Assembly (NCBI RefSeq): GCF_009914755.1
Contig: NC_060947.1
Source of the DNA: the human T2T-CHM13v2.0 reference genome, Homo sapiens
Direction: 5' to 3' (one strand)
DNA length: 64,000 nt
Part shown: in pieces, positions 23,608-40,500 of the stretch
Position numbering within the stretch: position 1 is the first letter of the stretch
How the letters are laid out: each line of letters starts with the position of its first letter
The notes under the pieces: generated by a model
Databases searched by the model: none
What the model was told of the DNA's origin: nothing
What the model saw: the letters and a program-made list of their open reading frames with translations, nothing else
Program-made: the position numbers and the translations under genes

Positions 23608-24399
23608 AGTAAATCCTTTTCTAAGTACAAAGAAATGTCACTGTTTTCCGGTATCCTGAAGTGAGTCCTTTTGTAAAGCAGAAGATAGATAATTCATCTG
23701 GGTTGTAAATGTAGATTTTCTTATATTGGGTTGACTTAAGGTGAGGCCCATTTCTCCTGAGATCATGAAGGATGGAGTGGCACTCCTTTATTCATTCGTT
23801 CATCCGTCCATTTAGTGAGCACCTATTAGATTTCAGGTGCTGTCCTGGGTACAGGAGGCCAGACGGTGAACCCTTTCTACCTCATGCTTGGGCTTGGAGC
23901 GCCAAGCCATCCAAACTCCCTGAGAGGCCTCTGGAAGGCCTCCCCCTTCAGCCAAATTACAGGCAGGTATGTGACTGATTTACCTTTGTCCCTTTGAAGA
24001 AGAGAGCAATATCCAAGCTGGCTGAAGGAAAACAGACTTGTTTTTCCTCGTCTGTTGGAAAGAATGTAGGGCTTACCCAGAGTTGATGCAGTTTGGTTCG
24101 GGACATCAGAGGAAGTATCAGGACACTCTGCCTTCCACCTATGAAAGGGTTAGTAGTTTACCGCTTGAAGTCACTGAATCACAGGTTATTGTTTTTCCTG
24201 CTAGATACCTCTGCCATATGACCCCATGTTGAAGACCACTAGTTTTTTGTTTTTCTCATCTTTCAAGTCCCTCAGCTGGTGAGTGAGTTAGAGGAGATGG
24301 GGAGGGGTATGATCGGACCCTGAGGAGTAGACAAACTGCTGGGGTAGCCTCTTGAATTGAGGTGAGAGGCTCTATTCTTACCATGAGGCCTGAGGGTGC

Positions 24400-24716
24400 T
24401 TTTTATTTTTATTTATTTATTTACTTATTTATTTATAGACAAGGTCTCACTTTGTTACCTAGGCTGAAGTGCAGTGGCGCAGTCTGGGCTCACTGAAGCC
24501 TCGACCTCCCGGGTTCAAGCAATCCTCCTGCCTCAGCCTCCCGAGTAGCTGGGATTACAGGCACACATTACCACACCAAAATAATTATTGCATTTTTTGT
24601 AGAGACTGGGTTTTACCATGTTACCCAGGCTGGTCTTGAACTCCTGAGCTCAGGTGATCTGCCTGCCCTGGCCTCCCAAAGCACTAGGATTACAAGTGTG
24701 AGCCATTGCACTGAGC
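24400..24716 (-). mobile_element. Alu (AluJ-like)
   Basis: TSD gggtgcttt. Confidence 0.9.
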
Positions 24717-24727
24717 TTCTGCGGGTG

Positions 24728-26065
<1,338 letters not shown>

Positions 26066-27439
26066 CTTAGGGTACTTTTTCAAGGAAAGGATAAGAGAAA
26101 AGGGCTGGAAGCGTGGCTGGGGTGGAGGGAATCAAGGGAAAGGAAGGTCCCTCTTCATCTGGACTGTATGTGAACGTCCGTGAGGAAATGGTAATGGAAG
26201 CCACACCACCGACCAAATCTTGGAGCTCCTCCTGTGTGCCACTCATGGGCCTGTTTGAGCTTTAGCTTCTTTGCTCACGCCAGTTAACTTTTGGCTGTCT
26301 CAAAAAGGCAAATTCACCTGCAAATGACAAAGATTGGTAGTCAGTGAAGAGAATTAGAGGAATGTGCCAGAGGCTTTGAAGGAAGTTCCCAGAGAGGAGC
26401 CCCAGGAATGTGGTGAGTTAGGGCTGCTCCGATGGAATCCTTGTGTGTCCTCTTGTGGGGAAGGGGGACAGCAGTCATTTGAATGCATGTGTTTCGGCAT
26501 GTTGGTTAAGCAAGCACTTTCTAGTCTCGCCTTGTAGGAATTCCTCCCTCCTTTCCTCTCCATATATTTATTAAGCTCTTACTATGTGCCAGGCACTGGG
26601 TTTAGGTACGGCAGAGACAATGGTGAACAGGACAGGCATGGTCCCTGTCTTTTTAGAACTTATGCTCTCACTCCATAATCTCCCATGACACCTAACACAG
26701 GGCTAGGCACAGAAGACACACCCACCTAACTGACAAATGTTTCTGGAAGAAACTACTTCCAACCCTCAAGTGACATGGGGTACAAAGGAGCACCTGAGCC
26801 GACAGCGGGACTGCAGTTGTTTTTCAGGGAGTGCACAGAAGATCTAATGTGCATGACTAGAGGTTTCCCACTCTGGTTGCTCAGCCATGACTCTGAAAGC
26901 TTCTCTCTGGCTGCCTTTTCCTACTGGGGGAAACCCGCCATCACCTGGAAGGTTGCTAAAGAAATGAGTCATTTCAGTAGCTCACAATGCTAATAGGTGT
27001 TCTTGTCGATAGGATGATCCCAAAGGGATATTGGGTCATGGTGGTGCTTCGCACTGGGGGAAACTAGCTCTGCTCCTTTAAGTTGGCTGCCAACTTCCTC
27101 CTGGGATTTGCTTTCTGGGGGGCACCCTCACCTCACCTGTGCCCTTTGGACTGTCTCCTGTCCGGTTGCCTAGCTGTCACCTGAGGGCTGGTGGCAATCA
27201 TACACAACTAAGTCAGCTTGCCAGTTGTACAGGGTGGCATATTGGTTGAGCCATGTGTACCCTTAGATGGTACAGTTGGATTTGTCGTGAAAGCCAATGG
27301 ACCTACTTTTTGTTCAGGTAGGAATAAGAGGTGAAACAATTCCACTAGGTAGTGCCTAGCTAATGAGGAGGCTAAGCGGTGGCCTTAGCCTCCTCATTTG
27401 TCTTGTCTTGTCTGTAGAGCAAGTAAACAAAAGATTGTT

Positions 27440-28520
<1,081 letters not shown>

Positions 28521-28949
28521 AAGCAAAAGGATTTTATGAAGATAAACCTGGCCATTTCCCCATGTTCTTCAAAAATGAACCAGAAGGACTTATGCTTATT
28601 TATATTACTATACATTGGAGAGATTATGATTCGATAAATGAACATTGTGACCAGCAGGGAATTAAAATCCTGGGATAGGTCTAAGATTCTGCTTGCAGGG
28701 TTAAAGCTCTACACCGTATAAAGTGGAGGTCCCAAACCTAAATGCCTTCAGGCTTAAAAGGGAGAAGCAGGCTGGGTGGGGAGTGGCGAATTGGAGCCCA
28801 GCCCGCGTGTGTCCCTGTTCCCTCCAGCCAGCTGTTGACATGCAGGAATTTGGACACAATGTTGCCAGATCAGATTTTTTTTTTCACAGAAATATTGGGA
28901 AATCTGGATTTTTAAGTGAAATTGCCCAATTTAAAAATGTCGGAAGTGG

Positions 28950-29243
28950 GGCCAGGCAGGGTGGCTTATGCCTGTAATCCCAGCACTTTGGGAGGCCGAG
29001 GTGGGAGGATCGCTTGAGCTCAGGGGTTTGTGATCAGCCTGGGCAACATGGTGAAACCCCATCCTTTACAAAAATGAAAAAAAAAGTATTAGCCAGGTGT
29101 GGTGGTATGCACCTGCAATCTCAGTTACTCGGGAGGCTGAGGTGGGAGGATCACTTGAGCCCAGGAGTTCAAGGTGCCGTGAGCTATGATCATGCCACTG
29201 CACTCTGGGTGGCAGAGCAAGACCCTGACTCTTAAAAAAAAAA
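28950..29243 (+). mobile_element. Alu (AluJ-like)
   Basis: Degenerate TSD aaaatgtYggaag. Confidence 0.9.
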
Positions 29244-29356
29244 ATTAAAATGTTGGAAGCAAATTGGGATTTTTTTTTTCTTTTAAAGCACTGGGTCAAA
29301 CACTAGGCAGTCAGTGGGTTAGATTGGTCTCCTGTCCCCTTGTTGGCAGTCTCTGA

Positions 29357-29602
<246 letters not shown>

Positions 29603-30526
29603 TAAGTGAGATTCTTCCCACCCTTCTTCTCAAGGACAGGAGTAGCCCTGTGGTGGTATCCCTTCTTCACCTTTTAGTGGCTTACAGACCCTTTCAGACC
29701 AAACCTGAACCTGAACCCATCCTTCCCTGCAGACTCAGAAGTCATTTGTCGAAACTGGGAAATGCAGCACTGGTTTGGACACAGCCATCCCTCACTAGCC
29801 CTCTACCACTCCCCACCCTGGGCATTTAAAAAATTCTCTTTCTTCCGAGGTCCCTTTCTTCTCCCTGGCTTTGTCTTAACCCTGCCAGAAGCCTCTATGA
29901 GCACTGTCACCTATTCCAGTATTGCTCACACTCAAGAGGGACCCCACCCCTCACCTGAGACCTACCATTCCCTCCCTACCCTGCCCCCACGATGCACACG
30001 CAGTTTTTGGAATAGCTACTGTCTTCGGAGCCCTTAGCCTTCTGGCCGCAGCTTTCCTCTCCTGGAAGACCAGCAGGCCTTTATCCATGGTGGTCATCTA
30101 GCATTCGCCCTTTGGGCTAGGGACTGAAGATGAAAGGAAACACCCACTCCTACCCTTGGGGGAAGCTGGAGGGGAGAAAGTCAGGATGGAATGCAACTGG
30201 CCACACCCAGAATGTGGGCTGGGGAAAGGAACCCGCTCAGCCCCCTCTGGGCTTCGTGGGAGCCCTGCAGGCAGTGAGGTGGCTTGGGAAAGCTGCAGCT
30301 AGAGAAGGACAGGTGTTTTTACCTTGCCCTTGTCTGCTGATAGTATCTTCAGGCTTCCATCTCCCAACAGCTGAGCAGCTCATCCTTGACGTCACCTTGC
30401 TTTTGCCAGTTGGAGGGGGGAGTGATATAATAAATCTCTGGCCACACAATGATTTCTTTCAGTACTAGAACTTTCATGTGCCCTCTGAAGGATGTGAGCC
30501 ATGGAACCGGCAAACCGCATCCCTGA

Positions 30527-30817
<291 letters not shown>

Positions 30818-31667
30818 TAAGTGTCCGAGAGATCCACGGTGACTGAGTGTCAGGATCCTGGCACTCAGTAGGAAGGTGGAGTTCTCCACGAGGAAGTGAA
30901 GACCTGGCAACGAGTGCCATCACACATGACAAAGGCTAGCCTGCCCTTTTAGCCCAGAGTAGTCATGTTCAAACTAGAGGCTGCAGGCTCCATGGACATT
31001 GACTATCTGCATTTCCTGAACCTTAAATCTAGATTCTCTCTCGGAAGGCTTTTTTTGCACTATTACTGGGTATAAAAGATAATCTGAGAGATACTTGGGC
31101 CTATGAACTGCTAGAATCTCTGGAACATTTTTGTAGTTTCTGGGGGTAAACAGATAGAACATTAGAAATTGAGATTGCTGGAAAAGCCAGGACATATGGT
31201 TGCCATAGCCATGGGGCCACTAGGGTCCTTCAGTAATCCACAGCCTAGTTTCTCAGTGCTGTAATGTTAGTAGCGTGGTGCTGCCAACATTGTCAGCCTA
31301 GATGACTGTGCATATTATATTGGGGATCACCCATTTATTTAAGGAGACTAGAATATAGAATATACCTGACACGTAACATTAGATTGAACCCAATTTAATA
31401 CTTATTTGATGGTTCTGGAGGGAGTTCGACAGCCGGCAGGGCCATGGCCCTTGTTGGGTTTCCCCACATGTCAGCGTGTGGAAGTGCTGGTTGAGAGAAG
31501 GAGAATGCGGGCTGAACTGCCCTTTTATTCTTAGCCTCCATGATTTTTTCCCTCTGATTGGTGTCTTCATGTATTTCAAATACTTTTCCGAACAATTGTA
31601 AGGATAATTTTTCTTTGATATCTATTTTTAAAATGTCAACTCTATGTTAAAATCCTGTGAACCAGTG

Positions 31668-31962
31668 GCTGGTCGCAGCAGTTGTAATTTCAGCACTTTG
31701 GGAGGCCGAGGCAGGTGGATTGCTTGAGGCCAGGAGTTCCAGACCAGCCTGGCCAACATGGTGAAACCTCGTCTACTAAACATACAGAAATTAGGCGGGC
31801 ATGGTGGCGGGTGCCTGTAATCCCAGTTACGAGGGAAGCTGAGGCAGGAGAATCGCCTGAACCTGTGAGGCGGAGGTTGCAGTGAGCTGATATTGCCTGC
31901 TACACTCCAGCCTGGGCGACAGAGTGAGACTCCGTCTCAAAATAAAATAAAATAATAAAATA
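31668..31962 (+). mobile_element. Alu
   Basis: Alu body; gtgaaccag on both flanks. Confidence 0.9.
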
Positions 31963-33429
31963 AGTCAGTGAACCAGCATGATGTGCACAGGATGGGGAGC
32001 TAGGTAGACGATGGATGAGGAGGTCTTTAAGTGAGAGCCTCTGTTTAGGGCTCTAACCATTAGACCACAGTTTCTTTGCATCCCCTGCCCTCCCCCCCAC
32101 CACCCCACACGCATAGCCTGATCAGAATAAAAATAGCATGTATGATGGCACTAGTAGGGATCAAGTTTCAGGGGCTTTTGGTCCTTATTCTTCTGGGCAT
32201 AAGCTGATCCCTGAGGACAGGGCGGGGCCTCTGGGATATAGTATTGCACGGTTAATTAATTCCTCCGATGTATTCAGCACCTCCCTCTCTGAAACAGGAT
32301 CTTGGGCTTCAGGCAGTAAAAGGACCAGGGTAGTCTGCATTAGGTGCAGACAGAACACGGGCCACGGAGGGCTGCGTGCCCCTCAGCGAGCTGAGTGGCA
32401 GGCACGTGGTTAGCCCAGAGCCCGGTACCAGCAAAGCTGGTTTTCCTGACGTGACATCCTCTAGCGCTCGCTCTAGAGCTGCCTTTCCCCACAGCTGCAG
32501 CACACTGTGAAAATGTCTGTTCTTCAAGAAGTTGGGGGTGGGGGTGCTAGCGTAGAGTGATGCCTCTGAGGCCCTATGGGGTGCAGAAGGGCCTTCTGAA
32601 TCACCAAAGCAAGACTGAATTCTCATCACTAGTGTGAATGTTCTCAGGGCTTTTTTCCATTCTTTGGAAGTGATGGTCCAAGTGTATGATATCTGTAGTC
32701 CCCTTTTCTTAACCCAGAGCCCTCCATTTCCTACTCATGTGAGATAAGAGCTTGCTGTCATTTGGGAGAAATGTTCCATTTTAGGGATAAGGATCGTGGG
32801 TCTGGTTAGATGTTTAAGGTGCTGGAACAGAACATTTGATTCTATAAACATGTCTTAAACAGCTGCACCAGGTCAAACCCTGGGGACCTTCAAAGAATCC
32901 ACCATCTAGTGCAGTAGACAGACAAGTATATAATTAACTCTAATAAAAGACAAAATGTCCTAAGCAGATTTATTATAAAAAACTCCAACAGTTTCAGAAG
33001 GGTGTCAAATGCAAAAAGTTCCAGTCCACCCTGAGCCCCCATTGCTATGCTGCAGAGTGAACCACAGTTTAAGGTTCTTTTGCAACCCTTTCAGAAATGG
33101 GTTTTGTTAGTAGTATTACAATAGGGATGTGAATCAAATGCCACGAGACCATGGGAGATGGAAGAACAATGAGTTACACCGGGGGAAGGTTTCACAGGTG
33201 ATACAGTATCTACCTGAGCTGGGCCTGGAAGGAGAGAAGGATGGAGCAAGGCACTGAAACATACAAGTTCAGAAAGTAGGGGGAGTCCTTTATCATGTGG
33301 CTGGTGCTTGGTAGGGTGGGGGATACAATGTGGGGTGTGTGTGTGTGTGAGAGAGAGACAGAGAAAGAGAGAGACTGGGTGGACATTGGGCTGAAGAGGT
33401 TAGAAGGTCTCATATAATATCATGCTAGT

Positions 33430-33799
<370 letters not shown>

Positions 33800-34534
33800 T
33801 TAGGAGGCTGACAAGACAGAGCCCAGGCCAGAAGTGGCAAAGGCTGGAGCTGGGGTAGTGGAATAGTGAGGAGGGAAAACCCTGTGAACTGGGACCACTA
33901 ATGTGGGGAGGCAGCGTTTCTTCCCGCATTAGTCAATGTAAGCGTTTGGCCCGGGATCGGCCTCTCCAGCACCCCTCCCAGCTGTCCCCAGGCTGCCACC
34001 CAGTCGGGTGTGCTCAGCAAAGTCAGACTCCACTTTCTGTAATGTGAGCTCTGGCCCTGCAGAAACGATGGTGCTGCTGCTGGAGAAAAAACTTGTCTAA
34101 TGCATTCCAGAGCCAAAGAGAAATGCCTTTTGGATTACCCGCAGTTTAGGCCTTTCTCCACGGCTCCCCCTCTGCTGGGGAAGATCTTGGAGAGCAAGGA
34201 GGCCAGGGAAGCAAGAGTAAGAACAGGAGAAGGGAAGGCAGCCAGGGTTGGCAGGGGCGGGAGTCGGAGGAAAGACTGGTCCCAGCAGATGGCAAATGCC
34301 AGGTCACAGGGGCGCAGGCTAAGTCCCCAAGAAGCCTGCTAAGAGTTTTAGGTTCTAGAATGCCCCTTTGCCTCCTGTTTGTGTTATTTTGGAAGAGGTG
34401 GTCACTGATTGCGTGCTCACCATTTAGCTGAAAGCCGGGCCAGGCATTGCAGGGGACAGGAGAAGACATTTGCCTCAGCTATACCCAAGGAGCCTGTGGT
34501 TTAGCAGGGGACGGGGGAGCCAGACTGGCAGTGA

Positions 34535-34936
<402 letters not shown>

Positions 34937-37060
34937 CCGGGAAAACAGCCCCTCCTCTTCTTTCTCCTTCCGAGTTCGCCCTTCCCCCACCTCCTTGTCT
35001 TTCCCCGACCGAGCACCAGACTGCAGAATGAGGCAATAATACGGACCAACAAGAAGCCGCCTTATCAATGCCAGCATTAGCGACTGGACTGTTTTTGTTT
35101 TTTTGGTTACAATTAGTTCTCATCTCCCTGTCGTCGTCATTGTTATCGTGGTTGCTGATGGGGGTGGAAAGTTGAACTCCATGTCTGAGGACAAGAGGTC
35201 CCGGGGGTGGTGGGAGGTGGCGCCGGGGTCCCTTGGACTGGCCTCCTTGTTCATGACCAAGACCAAACCTGGGCCCTGGATGGCCTTGGCCTGTCCCGAG
35301 GAGAAATGAGAAAATCCCAGATCTCTGAGCGCCCCCCAACTCCATTCCCCTGTGTTCTTCTGTCTTCTGTAGTATTTATTTTATTAGTATTTAATTTGTA
35401 TTGTTTCATTGGTTTCTGATAAGTCTGTATCACTGTGACGATTTGAGACAACTTGTTGTATTGAGGGACTTTCTGTACCTCCTTTTCTTTTTCTTTGTTG
35501 ATGAGCTCTGACAAAGCTATTCCCTGGTGTTTTTTTCCCCCACTGGGGAGGGGGTGAGGTGGAATGGGGTGGGGGAACATGGACTTGTGACTAACGAAGC
35601 TGGTTGCTGCTGGCCCAGGGCTGGGGGCTTGGGGGTAAATCCTGAGGCTTTGGTGCTCCCCCACCCACCCATTCCCGCCCTTTGCAGCAGCCCCGCTATC
35701 TTGAGATTAGTGTTGACAGGGAGGGGAGGATTGTGAGGTGAGGGGTTAATAAGTTACTCTAATAAAGGAGCGTGGAGAAGGGATCTGAGGGGTGAGGGTG
35801 GCCCCCCTCCTCACGCCTTCTTCACTGCCCCCCTCAGAGTGCACAATACGAGTTTGTTCCTGCCTCCACTCTCCCACCCCGTTCTGGCCTCCCTGTCTCA
35901 AGATACTGAGCCTCTCACCTCCCAGCCCTCAGCCACCCCCATCCCTGCCCCTTCTGAGACTCACAGCACCCCTTTCCTTCCTCTCCTCCCACCTCCTCCC
36001 TCAGCCCCTCATTCTCCTTGGGAATCTGCAGAGGGCTCTGGGACTCACTGCCGGATGTGAAATCCAGGCGTCAGCTGTTTCCTAGGCAAGGGCAGGAAAG
36101 TGGTCTCCAGCCCTTGCTCCACTCATGCCTGGGGGCCTGGGGCTGAGTGGTATCCCTACCTGGCCTCCCCCTGGCCTCTGGGCCTCCAGCGCTGGGTTTG
36201 TCGAGTGAGAGAGAGAGAGGAGCTTGGGTTGCTTCCCTGTCCCCGCCCCCTCTGTGGCATTGTCCCTCCCACTCTTATTTTTCTACCAATTGCTATTTTT
36301 CCGAACAATCCTTGTAGAGTATGTACCATCCAAAGGCAGGAGGGCCTCGCCGTGGCCGGCTCTGGTTGGAGATGGTACAGTTTTATTGTACAGGTGCTAA
36401 AACAACAACAACAAAAAAGAAAATGGAAAAAAAAAAGATTAAAAAAAAAAGGAAAAAAAAAAAGCCAGTTTGAGGATGGGACAATCTGTTCTCTAGAGGC
36501 TCCTGAGCCATGCGGGAGCATTGGTGGTTATTTTCTTTGTATTGTGTTTGTTCTTTGTTCCTGGGGGGGAAGTTCTCGGCCCCCTTCTGTAGGACTGCTC
36601 CCCACCCCCACCATACTGCCCAGTTGGTTTTGAACAGTTGTTTTCCCTTTTTAAGAAAAAAAAATACATATATATATACATATATATATATAAAGTTGAG
36701 GGGTTTTGGACTTTAATTTGTTGGTTTTGTTGGGGTTCCTGGTATTGTGTAGTTTATTTCATGTTCTGTTTGCCTTTCCTTTTTTCGCATTTGGGTGTAT
36801 ATTCTGGCTGCCCTTTATGTTTCATTTTAAGCAACTGGCTGTGGAGTCAAAAACACTTGCATACTGAAAAACCTGTGTCAGGGCTTCTGTCTCCCGTCTC
36901 TCTTTTTCTCTCCCGTCTCTCTTTTTCTCTCCTCCCCTTTGGGACTTTTTGGTGGTTTCAGAAGGTGGGCATTGTGATTCAGTAAATGGGGAGCCCCCGC
37001 CATCCTGCTTTGCAGCTGTGGGTCCCAAGGGGTACGATGAATAAAGGCAAGGTGGAGTGG
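34937..37060 (+). other. BCORL1: BCORL1 3' UTR (distal end uncertain)
   Basis: Repeat-free sequence after the stop with U-rich and A-rich tracts. AATAAA at 35761-35766 and 37040-37045; ATTAAA at 36438-36443. Confidence 0.65.
36664..36692. repeat. Imperfect (TA)n microsatellite in BCORL1 3' UTR
   Basis: atacatatatatatacatatatatatata. Confidence 0.85.
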
Positions 37061-38789
37061 CTAGTGAACATTGGGTCACGATCTGGAAAGAAAAAGAAAG
37101 GGGCAAATCCTGGGGGCGGGGCCAGTGGGGGCAAATGGAGCATCTGGCTCCTGTTGCTTTGGTTTGGGGTTGAAGCAGGTGCCTGGGCAGTCCTTGTTTA
37201 CATAGGAGTAGCAGGGTTGGAGGAAGTAGCCTTCTCTGTGGTGGCTGTGGGAATAAGCCTCCTTAAGGAAGTCCCCTGCTTGCCCTAGGCCACCCTGCCG
37301 AGGTGGCATCTGGCTGCATGGCCTCATCACTGCCCTCACTGTTGTGCCAGTGCTCCCCACCCACGGTGCAGGCCTTCCATGGTTCTGTTTTCCTGCCACC
37401 GAGCTACCATGAAGGCAAGATGCCCATCCTGGATTTTGCAGTTTTTCCTCCCACTTCTGAAAAACAGTGGTAGAAGCTATGATTCTTGTGATTGCTGGTT
37501 CCAGAATGCACCAGTGACTGAGAGGAAGAGGATGTTCGAGAGGCCTGGGATGAGGCCCTTTGAAGCTCTATTCTCTTAGGGCTTCTCACTGTGGCTTTCG
37601 AGTCTGGAGAGCCCTGTTAGAGAGTGTAGAGGCGAAGGGATCTGTGCGTCTGGCTGGCTGGAGTCCAGCCGTCCTCAGGAGTGAACTCTAAGCTGCTGTC
37701 TTTGCTCAAGCCTCAGAAGCTTGGCTCGACCCAGGTCCAAGCATCATCCTCTTTGAACCATAGCATTAATCTTCCTCATTGGCCGTCCTCTCCCCACTTT
37801 CTGATCCCAAGGCCCTATGCAATAGCCACCTTTGTCAGATTCCCAAACAAGCCCACAGTGGTTCTGAATTCAGGTCGATCCTGTGCTTGGAACTTGCAGT
37901 TAAGTCAAGAAATCTGACATGTTGATAGGTTATAAAGCCATGTGGTGAGTATAAGAATTCAACTAGTCCCAGGATGCTATGGGAGCTCAGAAGCATGGGC
38001 AAGGGCCCTGGGAACACATCCTAGAAGAGGTGATGCCTAGTTGATACTTTAAAAAGTAGAAATGCAGGAATTAGAGGTGGCAGGGAAGAGTGTTTGAACT
38101 GAGAGGACAATCTGAGCAAAGGCTTGGATACAAGGGGAGTTAAAAGCAAAACCAAACAGCAGATTGTTTTATTGCTTTTGGGGTTCTTTGCCCACGGCTT
38201 ACCTGGAGTCCCACTGCCCTTCTGCCAGGTTGGAAAGATCAAGGCAGGAAGTATGGGCCGTGGCATTAAATCTACATCCCCGGTCAGGATTGGGGTGAGG
38301 ATGGCTTGGTGGCCTCTTATTAAATGATCTCCCAGTCCTTTTAGTATGGTGTAGAGGAAAGAGCCAGCACCACTCCTAACTACCTAGGCTGACCTTGGGC
38401 GAGAACCTAATCTTTCCCAGCCTTAATTGCTCCATCAGCCAAATGGAGGCCAATGTACCCACCTACTGACAGAGCATCACACTGAGGACCATAAAGATCT
38501 GTTTAGCCAAAATTAGTTCCTCCTTCATGCCGAGCTCACGAACCTATGGTTAATGAGGGTCTTATCAGAACGCTCTTTGGGCTTGAAAGAGAGGCTCTGT
38601 TCAAGTCTTGGTGGGAGGAGGGATAGTCTCCGCATCCCTATTTGGGGTAGGTGGGGTTGGGGGCGGTGGTGAATGGGGCAGTAAACTCCTGCTCGGTCCA
38701 TACTCTAACCCAATAACCGGGAGGCCTGGTGGGTGTTTAACTGTGTCCTGCCCATGCAAAGACCAGTGTGTGTGTGTTTGGGAAGGGTG

Positions 38790-39560
38790 GGGTCCGCCCC
38801 AGGGGCGTCTGCTCAACTGCTGGGCAGGGGGACGCGAAGTGCTCGGGCCTTCTGGATCCCGCAGCAGGATCCGGGCCGGGGCTCCACTCGTTTCCCTAGC
38901 GCTCCGGCTGCCACCGCGCGGGGGTCGGCCGAGCCGCAGCGTCCGGCCTCTGGGGGCGACGTCTTTAGGCCCCGCGCCGGTCCTTGGGAGCCGGGCTCGT
39001 GCGGCGGACGGTCAGGTCCCTCCGCTAGCAAACGGCTGTCTGGGGCGCCTCGATCGCTCTCCCGCTTCACGGTAGAAGGCGGCGGCGCGCGAGGGGAGGG
39101 GAGGGCAGGCCGGGTGACTGCGACTCCGCGTGCTCACCTGCTGGTCCGCGAGGCTGAGGGAGGGGGCGCCGGGGGCGGGGCCAGAGCGCGGCTGGCCAAT
39201 GGGGGAGCGCATTCGGCGGCCGGCTAAATTCCCCCTGGAAAGTGAAGGGGGCTGGGGTCGAGGGGAAAGTTCGAAGCTCCGGAGCAGCGGAGGGCTTTGG
39301 TGGCGGCCAGAACCATCCGGGGACAGTTGCAGGCGCAGGGGCAAGATCGGGGGACCGGAAGACGCCAGCCGCGGCCGCGGCCGCCTCCGCCAGGGACGGT
39401 AGGCCCAACCCTGGCTGCCCCTCCCTTCCCGGGCCCCGCCGGGCCACTCTCCCGCCATCGCTGGCTCGACAGCGCCACCTGCTGGACGTCGGCCTCCACG
39501 TCCGGCGCGCCGGGGCCCGAAGTTCTCGGAGGCTGGGACCTCAGTCTGGGAGGGGAAGGA
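38790..39560. promoter_or_regulatory. CpG island between the BCORL1 and ELF4 3' ends, with GC box and CCAAT box
   Basis: Very high GC and CpG density against a CpG-poor background; GGGGGCGGGG at 39171-39180, CCAAT at 39196-39200. Confidence 0.85.
39470..39486 (-). promoter_or_regulatory. CTCF consensus motif in CpG island
   Basis: Minus strand CCAGCAGGTGGCGCTG, exact core match. Confidence 0.65.
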
Positions 39561-40019
39561 GCTCACTCACCCCAGGTCCAGCGGCTTCAGAGCTGGAGGC
39601 AACTGCCTCTTTTGGAGTACAAGATGGGATCAGAAAGGCCTGTGACCGTCAGAATAACTTCTTGTCCCGCCCCACCCACCGGAGCTGACACTTCCACCGC
39701 ACAGCCCCACCCAGGGGTGAGGAAATAGTGGCGAGGCAGTCCCTGGAAGCGGGCAGCAGCAAAGGGCGGGAGTTCGGGAGTTGCACGTGGCACCTGGTGA
39801 CAGCAACGCACAGCTGGCAAGCAGCCCTGGGCTCCTCATGGACCCTGTGATCCGGGGATGTCTGTTAACACTCCAGGGGCAAAGGAAGTAGCCGCCTGCA
39901 GTGTTATAGGAGCGGGCAGAAAGCTGCCTTAGCTCCCAAGTGTGGATTGTCCTCCTCCCTCTCCTCTTGCCTGCCATAGCATAGGGCAGAAGTCTCAGAA
40001 TTAAAATCAGGACCAGTTC

Positions 40020-40500
40020 CTTCTTTCAATAAGCATTTATTAAGAACCTACTGTGTGCTAGGCACTAGGGATATATCAGTGACTAACACACAGTCCCTGT
40101 CCTTGAGGAGCTCACAGCCTATTGGCGGGGAACCCTACATAAACACGTAATTAAAGAACTGTACTGTGCTAAGTGCTACCATAAGAGGTATTTACAAAGT
40201 GCTGTGAGGTGGCTCAGGGCTGTAATCCCAGCACCTTGGGAGGCTGAGGTGGGCGGATCACTTGAGGTCAAGAGTTCGAGACCAGCCTGGCTAACATGGT
40301 GAAACCCGTTCTCTACTAAAAATACAAAAATTAGCCGGGCGTGGTGGCACGCAGCTGTAGTCACAGCTACTTGGGAGGCTGAGGCAGGAGAACCGCTTGA
40401 ACTCGGGAGGCAGAGGCTGCAGTGACCCAAGATCGCACCACTGCGCTCCAGCCTGGGCAACGGAGGGAGACTCTATCTCAAAAAAATAAAGAAAACAAAG
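40020..40500. mobile_element. L2 3'-end relic interrupted by a + Alu (about 40205-40493)
   Basis: tcaataagcatttattaagaacctactgtgtgctaggcact L2 tail; TSD acaaagtgctgtg. Confidence 0.85.

Noticed and set aside
35545-35640. G-run cluster in the BCORL1 3' UTR as an RNA G-quadruplex
   Set aside because: Plausible, but one loop is long and such G-runs are common throughout this window; no specific support.
38608-39977. Cluster of long ORFs over the CpG island
   Set aside because: Expected from very high GC content; Gly/Arg/Pro-rich translations in all six frames with no protein family signal.
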